This document shows positions 57,949 to 64,000 of a stretch of 64,000 bases of DNA, in pieces (position 1 is the first letter of the stretch; the number at the start of each line of letters is the position of its first letter). A program made the position numbers and the translations under genes. A model generated the notes under the pieces. That model saw only the letters and a list, made by a program, of their open reading frames with translations. It was not told the DNA's origin and made no database searches. Source of the DNA: Clostridioides phage LIBA2945; the sequence record MF547663.1. One strand, given 5' to 3'.

Positions 57949-58162
57949 TAGTACCTCCTTTAAATTTAACTTCCTCCTGATTTAACAATTCTTTTAGCAA
58001 TTTATTATATAGTTCTCTACTTATATACTTAAATTCTGGTTTCCCTCCTATTTGCCTAAGACCTATACTATAACTATCTGTTTTTATATCATTAACTAAC
58101 GTAACTTGTAAGTTACCATTTTTTAATATAACATTTCTTTCAAAATCCATAGCTCCCTCCAA
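57941..58162 (-). CDS. Hypothetical protein, 73 aa
   Basis: ORF. Confidence 0.25.
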   Translation of the reverse strand: MEGAMDFERNVILKNGNLQVTLVNDIKTDSYSIGLRQIGGKPEFKYISRELYNKLLKELLNQEEVKFKGGTND

Positions 58163-58370
58163 TTAAATATTATTTTACTCTTTCATTATACTTACCTCTT
58201 AGGTAATGTAAATCTTTCCATGCCCTATCAAACTTACTATCTCTTTTAAATATGTATTTTCCTTCTTCATTTTTTGTATATTCAAATCCTAACCAGACTA
58301 AAAAATCAGCAACATTTCTATAATTAACAATTCTTGTCTTTTCCATTTTATAATTCTTCCTCCAATTTGT

Positions 58371-58601
58371 TTATTCTGCATCATATATTTTCATATCAAT
58401 TTTATTTGTCTTAGGATGTACTTTTTCAAAATCTGTATCTATTTCAAATTTAGGTCTAAAATCACCATCTCCATCTGAGTAAATACCTACTATTTTACTA
58501 GAACCTACATCTCCTAAATTTTCCATCATTTTAAGCATAGAACAAAAATCATTAATCCATCTTTCTTCCATTTTAATTTTTATTGTTATTTCTTTTTCCA
58601 T
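58371..58601 (-). CDS. Hypothetical protein, 76 aa
   Basis: ORF. Confidence 0.25.
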   Translation of the reverse strand: MEKEITIKIKMEERWINDFCSMLKMMENLGDVGSSKIVGIYSDGDGDFRPKFEIDTDFEKVHPKTNKIDMKIYDAE

Positions 58602-58618
58602 AATATACTCCTTCTTTT

Positions 58619-58981
58619 TTAAAAACGTTTCTTTCTATATGATTTAATGTTTAATCCATAATATTCATCAACTGTAGTTATGCTTTTATAATCATCTCTA
58701 TTTTTTACTTCATTTAATAATTCAATTATAGTTGACATATCCTTATATGTTAATTTAGAGTTTATATTCCAATCATGAAATAAGTTATTTATAGATTCAA
58801 TATGCATGTTTCGTATATCTATTGTATCTCTTCTTTTATTTTCTTCAATTATCTCAATTATTTTAGCAGTACATTTTTCGCATACTGGAGTAGAAACAAA
58901 TAACTTATCATATACATCACATTTATTACTATTTGTTTTACAAAATGCACATTCTTCCCATTCTTCACTATAATGTCCCAT
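58619..58981 (-). CDS. Zinc-finger hypothetical, 120 aa (CAFC...C...CEKC)
   Basis: Cys pairs read directly. Confidence 0.3.
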   Translation of the reverse strand: MGHYSEEWEECAFCKTNSNKCDVYDKLFVSTPVCEKCTAKIIEIIEENKRRDTIDIRNMHIESINNLFHDWNINSKLTYKDMSTIIELLNEVKNRDDYKSITTVDEYYGLNIKSYRKKRF

Positions 58982-58997
58982 TTAATCATCTCCTTAA

Positions 58998-59150
58998 TTA
59001 TTTTTTATATTCCCATTCATCAAATTCTTCTTTATCTTCATAAGCACACATTTCTGACCAACCACAATCACAATGTAGTGGTTCATAGCAAAATCCTACG
59101 CCTACATCTATACCATCTGCATAAGCAATCCCTCCACATCTAAAACTCAT
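58998..59150 (-). CDS. Small Cys-rich protein (about 50 aa, MSFRCGGIAYADGIDVGVGFCYEPLHCDCGWSEMCAYEDKEEFDEWEYKK)
   Basis: SD 'aaggagtg' 8 nt upstream of the ATG at 59150. Not in the track. Confidence 0.3.
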   Translation of the reverse strand: MSFRCGGIAYADGIDVGVGFCYEPLHCDCGWSEMCAYEDKEEFDEWEYKK

Positions 59151-59717
59151 ACACATCACTCCTTCTTAATTTTATTTAAATCTTTGAATCTTAATATCTT
59201 GTCTTAGATGTTCTACCATATTGACTATTTCTTTTTCTGAATATTCCTTTCCATATATTGTATCCATATAAAATTGAAATTGCTCTTTGTCATAATGAAC
59301 AAATCCTATCATATACATTATTAAACCTATCTGACTATCATCTAATCTCATAATTACTCCTATATAACAAAATCTTAATTCTAATCATTTATATAATTAA
59401 ATTATATTTTAATATTTTTTGTCATATACAATTCCCACCTCCACCATATATTTCTTTTATTTCACTTATTTTCACTCAATATATATACTCTTTCATATTG
59501 TCCTCATTTCTTTATTATTGTAATATCATTTAAATCGATTTTACATGTATTTAAACTCTTCATATAAGAAACTATAGGTTCTACTATATTCTCAATGTCT
59601 TCATATTAGACTCTAACTATATCGCAATTATCATTTTCTTCATTATCTATAAATTCAACATAAATTAATTAGGCATATCTTTTTTTATCCTTTTGATTTT
59701 ATTTAAATAACAAGATT

Positions 59718-60971
59718 CTAATTGCTTTTAAAATTATAAATTGGCTTTAACACCTCCATTATCTCAATAGTATCTCCTATATTGTTTAAGATGTCCTCTA
59801 TAGGTTTGTATGCTTGTGGTGCTTCATCTAGTGTTGATTGACCTACGCAAGTTGTAAATATTTCTTTCATAGATTCTTCAAATTCATCTAAAGATATTTT
59901 TTCTTTAGCTTTTCCTCTTGATAAAATTCTTCCTGCTCCATGTGGTGCTGAATAATTCCACTCAGAATTACCTTTACCTTTTCCTAATATAATCCCATCT
60001 CTCATGTTTACTGGAATTATTACTGTTTCATCTTTATTTGCAGAAATTGCTCCTTTTCTAAGTATTTTACTATCCATATCTATATAGTTATGAATACATT
60101 CTATAACATCACATTTAATATCTCTTATAAAATGGTCATAATTTACATCTAGGCTGTTATATTTAAACAATATATCCGCAATTATAACCATTCTATTTGC
60201 AACAGCGTATTTTTGAGCTATACTCATATCATGTAAATAATCTTCCATTAAATCATTTTCTAAATAACATAAATCATCATGTGGCTTATTCAATTTTCTA
60301 TCACTAAGGTCTTTCAAATATTTATTTATCAAATGTTCTTTATTGTCTTTTTTTAGAGTAGATATTAAAAACTCTTTTGCATCATCATATGACTTTTTAT
60401 ATTTTTCAATACAATATTTTATAGCTTTGTCTTGGTAATAATCAGCTATTTGTTTTCCTAAATTTCTTGAACCTGTATGAACAGTAAGATACATTTGACC
60501 TTTTTCACTTTTATCAACTTCTATAAAGTGATTGCCTCCACCTAAAGTTCCTAACGACATATATGCTCTATTTTTATTCACCTCGCATCTAAGATTATTT
60601 ATGTCTATATTAAATAAATTCTTTAATAGTTTTTCTCTTGACTTATTATGTATTTTAAATCCATGAGGAATATAATCTCTTATAATCTTATCTAATTTTG
60701 TATAATTTATATTATTAATATATTTTTCTAATGGAATAGTAGCCATTCCACAACCTATATCCACCCCTACCAGATTTGGCACTACTTTATTACTTATAGT
60801 CATTGTCGTTCCTATTGTACATCCTTTACCAGCATGACAATCAGGCATAATTCTTATACTAGATTCTTTAAATTCCTTTTGATTACATAAATTTATTATT
60901 TGACTTATTGTTGTACTATCTACATTATCTGTAAATATTTTTGCTTTATTATATTTTCCTTTAATTTCCAT
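59718..60971 (-). CDS. rtcB: RtcB-family RNA 3'-phosphate ligase, 417 aa
   Basis: 'GTLGGGNHFIE' and 'APHGAGR' signature motifs read directly. The metal-binding Cys/His are distributed as in RtcB. Confidence 0.8.
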   Translation of the reverse strand: MEIKGKYNKAKIFTDNVDSTTISQIINLCNQKEFKESSIRIMPDCHAGKGCTIGTTMTISNKVVPNLVGVDIGCGMATIPLEKYINNINYTKLDKIIRDYIPHGFKIHNKSREKLLKNLFNIDINNLRCEVNKNRAYMSLGTLGGGNHFIEVDKSEKGQMYLTVHTGSRNLGKQIADYYQDKAIKYCIEKYKKSYDDAKEFLISTLKKDNKEHLINKYLKDLSDRKLNKPHDDLCYLENDLMEDYLHDMSIAQKYAVANRMVIIADILFKYNSLDVNYDHFIRDIKCDVIECIHNYIDMDSKILRKGAISANKDETVIIPVNMRDGIILGKGKGNSEWNYSAPHGAGRILSRGKAKEKISLDEFEESMKEIFTTCVGQSTLDEAPQAYKPIEDILNNIGDTIEIMEVLKPIYNFKSN

Positions 60972-61023
60972 TTATTCTCCTTCCAATCCTTTTTTAACAT
61001 ATCTACACTCCTTTAATAATCTT

Positions 61024-61455
61024 TTAAGATATCTCGACCCCCTTTAAAATAAATTCGGATTTATCATCGCTTAAACTAATGTACCAATTATCATATTTCT
61101 CTTTAATATGACAATTGTCATACCATAGTATTTTTCCTATAACTTGGTTATCTACTATTGCTACATCCATTATAATTCCTACAACTTCATCTTTATAAAA
61201 ATCATTTACTCTATCAGCATCTCTATAATCTGATAATTCTTGATTTGGATTATATATAACTGGTGCATTTTTAAAAGTATGTATAGATTTTTCAACCATA
61301 GCTTTAGTTATTTCTATATTATGGCCTTTGGATATATCCATAACAATCATATTTGTGCTTACATAATTAGTATTAATATTCATCATATTCTCCTTTTTAA
61401 TTTTATTTAAATAGTAAAACTCCATGAAAAGGCTTATATTCTTTTTTATATACAT
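61024..61455 (-). CDS. Hypothetical protein, 143 aa
   Basis: ORF. Confidence 0.3.
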   Translation of the reverse strand: MYIKKNISLFMEFYYLNKIKKENMMNINTNYVSTNMIVMDISKGHNIEITKAMVEKSIHTFKNAPVIYNPNQELSDYRDADRVNDFYKDEVVGIIMDVAIVDNQVIGKILWYDNCHIKEKYDNWYISLSDDKSEFILKGVEIS

Positions 61456-61870
61456 TCATAAAAAGTAAGACTAGTTTTATTTGCTCTGTAATGAAATTTT
61501 GGATAGTTTTATTTGAAGTGTTTACATCTACTATTACACATTCACCCCTGTACCCTCTCAACTCCTGATAATTTATATCCCTATCAAATATTAAAAATTT
61601 TATTAATCTATCTGTGTTAAGAACTTTTAACTCTATTTCTATATTGTGTTTGATTCTATTTCTATGCTTTATTAGAGTATATTTATTTTTTATAGCTGCT
61701 CTTATTAATTCTTTGTAGACAAGTTGTTTGTTTGTAGTAAAAATTATTATTGTTTCTCCTTGTTTAATATCATCTTCATGAGTTTCGTTAGAAAAACTAT
61801 TTATCAATGTATCATAAATATTTTCATTGTTGTATTTGAATATTTCTTTATTTATTATCATATCAAACAT
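61403..61870 (-). CDS. Hypothetical protein, 155 aa
   Basis: ORF. Confidence 0.3.
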   Translation of the reverse strand: MFDMIINKEIFKYNNENIYDTLINSFSNETHEDDIKQGETIIIFTTNKQLVYKELIRAAIKNKYTLIKHRNRIKHNIEIELKVLNTDRLIKFLIFDRDINYQELRGYRGECVIVDVNTSNKTIQNFITEQIKLVLLFMNVYKKEYKPFHGVLLFK

Positions 61871-62061
61871 GTTTTATCTAAGCTCCTTTCTTGTAAAATC
61901 TAAACTATTTATTCTTGTCAAATTTACCATCAATAGCTATTTCTCACTTTTTCATTTCAAATTATAATACTATAAAAATAACTCCTAGTATTATAATTTC
62001 ATATTAATAATATAAGTCAATTTACACTTATATTATTAATGTGCTCATTTTTAATTAAATC

Positions 62062-62424
62062 CTATTCTTCTAAAATCATCAAATTATCTATGTAATTCTC
62101 AAAATCAATACTTTCACTACTTAATTTTTCCCCACATAAGAAACAATATTTAAATGGTATTCCTCCTGCAAATCTATCCACATTTAACTTTATATTTTGA
62201 TTTGAATCTTTGACAATTAGATTGTGTTCTACTGATAAATTTATATTCCCTTCTTTAAATTTATAAAAACTAATATCAAAATACTCTTCCTGGTCTAAAA
62301 GTTCTGTACTCTCATAAGTAGTATCTTTTCCTTTGATTCCTACAGAAGAAATTCTTACTCTTCTAGTTTCATGTTTTTTCATATCTTTTATACTGTCACA
62401 AAATTTACACATATTTACCTCCAA
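62062..62424 (-). CDS. Zinc-ribbon hypothetical, 120 aa (CKFC ... CFLC)
   Basis: Cys pairs at both ends. Confidence 0.3.
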   Translation of the reverse strand: MEVNMCKFCDSIKDMKKHETRRVRISSVGIKGKDTTYESTELLDQEEYFDISFYKFKEGNINLSVEHNLIVKDSNQNIKLNVDRFAGGIPFKYCFLCGEKLSSESIDFENYIDNLMILEE

Positions 62425-62542
62425 CTAATAATTATATCACCCTTTTACTTATATTCATTTTAGCATATTCCAAAACTTTTATTATAAAACTAGCACTAAA
62501 TTTTCTATTGATATTAAATCCTGTATTTTAACTTGTTATTTG

Positions 62543-62824
62543 TTATCCCTTTATTAAATCCTGTACGTCTACAGCCACCGAACCTTTTCTTTCGAGTTTT
62601 ATAAAATTTTCCATTAGTATTTCAGGAAGTATATTCTCCCCATACTCTTCTTTTATTTTATCTTTTATTAAATTTATAATATATTCCTCCATTTCTTTAT
62701 CTGTCATATTAAGATATTTATCCAGGTCATAAATGACGAGTTGTTCTATATCTCTTCGATAATGGCATAGTATATCTTTTAAAAATATTTTTTTTATTAT
62801 CTTAATTCTTTTTTCATAAATCAA
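62543..62824 (-). CDS. Hypothetical protein, 93 aa
   Basis: ORF. Confidence 0.25.
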   Translation of the reverse strand: MIYEKRIKIIKKIFLKDILCHYRRDIEQLVIYDLDKYLNMTDKEMEEYIINLIKDKIKEEYGENILPEILMENFIKLERKGSVAVDVQDLIKG

Positions 62825-62984
62825 TAATTCTAAATTAAAATATGTTCTTTTTTCTTTGATTCTTATTTCATATTCAAAAATTCTTTCTAATGGTTTTATT
62901 GATTCGTTATTTTTTATATATTTTGACTTTATTAATTTCTTAAAAGAGTTAATTATATTTGCTCATCTCCTTCCATTTTAAGTT

Positions 62985-63431
62985 TTATATTCCATACATA
63001 TTAAAACTAAATTCTACCCCTTCATCATCCTCAAATTCTTCATTGAAGACTTCTTCTACTGTTTTATCCTTAGAGATAACTATATGTAAATAACCTCGTT
63101 TACTAATAAAAGAAGTTTGATAAAGATTATCTAAACCCAAGAAATCCCCTTCTTGTTTATAAGGTACATATATATCCTCCACACTTCCGTCTTCGTATTC
63201 TATCTTTACATTTGTAATATCCTTATAATCATGCAATCTTTGAATTTCATCAACACGTTTATGTATTTGTATATGTAAATAATCTGCCTGTTTGCATTTA
63301 CCTATATAACTCAAAGTAAATCCTCCAATAATTTCATGTATATTATCTAAATAAAAACCTCCTACATCTCCAATACCCAACTCTACATTCTCTAAGTTAT
63401 CTAATCCTAAAATTATTTTCTTTATTTTCAT
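62985..63431 (-). CDS. Hypothetical protein, 148 aa
   Basis: ORF. Confidence 0.3.
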   Translation of the reverse strand: MKIKKIILGLDNLENVELGIGDVGGFYLDNIHEIIGGFTLSYIGKCKQADYLHIQIHKRVDEIQRLHDYKDITNVKIEYEDGSVEDIYVPYKQEGDFLGLDNLYQTSFISKRGYLHIVISKDKTVEEVFNEEFEDDEGVEFSFNMYGI

Positions 63432-63628
63432 AACTCATTCCTCCATTAATTAAACTCTTAAAAATTATTGATGACGTCACACTTAGAGCATTTCCATCGT
63501 TTCTTTAATTTATAATTATCAAAATAAGAATTAAAATATCCTACAAATTCTTGAAATTCTATCCTTTCACATTGATAACACCATACTTTTACTACATCAC
63601 CTTTAGAATACATTTATTGTCTTTCTCC

Positions 63629-64000
63629 TTAATATAATCTCAATCTTTTAATTGTAGATGGTATTTCATCCTCATTAAATATTCCTAAGTTAACACATGT
63701 TATGCTATTTTTAGGAATTTCTGTTAATCCTCTATCCACTATAGTTAAATAACCTTTTTCTTTAAATTTTAATAATTGTGCCTCTTTAGCTTTCAATATA
63801 CATATTGTATCCCCATTATTCTTAAATGACGTTAAATCACATTTTAAATCTATTAATTCATGTGCTATTGTTTCTGTTTCATAAGAGCAAGAAACAGTGT
63901 CTAAAATTTTGTCATACAAATAATCATAAACTGCATGTGCAACTTGTGCTCCAACTTTGCCTGGACTCATATTTAAGTCTGAATTAATTGCTATGTACAT
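63629..64000 (-). CDS. PTH2-like peptidyl-tRNA hydrolase domain protein, 123 aa. The start codon is at the window edge
   Basis: 'NSDLNMSPGKVGAQVAHA' matches the PTH2 core (..DL.MGKGKIAAQCSHA). Confidence 0.45.
   Translation of the reverse strand: MYIAINSDLNMSPGKVGAQVAHAVYDYLYDKILDTVSCSYETETIAHELIDLKCDLTSFKNNGDTICILKAKEAQLLKFKEKGYLTIVDRGLTEIPKNSITCVNLGIFNEDEIPSTIKRLRLY

Noticed and set aside
59160-59717. About 550-bp region downstream of rtcB with a 59-aa minus-strand ORF (about 59176-59352) and roughly 350 bp without ORFs
   Set aside because: No recognisable RNA gene or repeat structure by eye. It could hold a small ncRNA, but evidence is insufficient.
1-64000. CRISPR arrays / tRNA genes
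   Set aside because: No spacer-repeat periodicity was seen. No convincing tRNA T-loop (GTTCRANYC) was spotted in intergenic regions by eye. tRNAscan is needed to be sure, especially for 59160-59717.

Overview
Low-GC (about 27% GC) Firmicute DNA that reads as phage or prophage throughout. A CWB2 cell-wall-binding gene points to a Clostridioides/Clostridium host.

The window has two gene blocks that are transcribed toward each other. (1) 1-22.3 kb on the + strand is a late-gene block. It holds a 5'-truncated tape-measure gene, a Dit-like/Tal-like pair, and a coiled-coil fiber protein. Next come a 1627-aa RCC1-repeat (beta-propeller) tail protein and a glycine-rich fiber. The block ends with an Amidase_3 endolysin plus a glucosaminidase-like lysin, a holin, a BhlA/UviB-like protein and a tyrosine integrase. 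(2) 64 kb down to 27.6 kb on the - strand is an early/replication block. It holds RtcB RNA ligase, a PTH2-like peptidyl-tRNA hydrolase, an NPPF DNA methyltransferase, PcfJ/PcfK-like proteins and a 3D-domain lytic enzyme. Its replication genes are an SSB-like protein, an ERF annealase, a DnaB helicase, a Toprim primase-like protein, a DHH phosphoesterase and DnaE-type PolIII alpha. Further along are a DndB-like DGQHR protein, the anaerobic RNR genes NrdD/NrdG, a lambda-type phosphatase, a YyaC-like protein, a Cas4-like nuclease, an HExxH peptidase, a guanylate-kinase-like protein, a RuvC-like resolvase and a dUTPase. It ends with a NERD/zinc-ribbon protein, a second tyrosine integrase and a 614-aa PD-(D/E)XK-like protein. 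Between the two blocks (22.4-25.3 kb) sit an XRE regulator, an orphan BlaI-like repressor and a CWB2 surface protein.

The most unusual signal is four paralogous type I toxin-antitoxin-like cassettes, none of them in the ORF track. Two are tandem copies at 3.8-4.8 kb, one lies at 5.15-5.53 kb and one at 25.3-25.68 kb. Each has a small minus-strand membrane peptide of 38-59 aa with a shared C-terminal K(N/S)H..(N/A/T).(K/G/-)SG tail. Each peptide has a strong SD and an extended -10 promoter. A convergent plus-strand promoter drives a short RNA whose terminator hairpin lies inside the 3' end of the peptide ORF. Three copies are wedged between the tape-measure and Dit genes.
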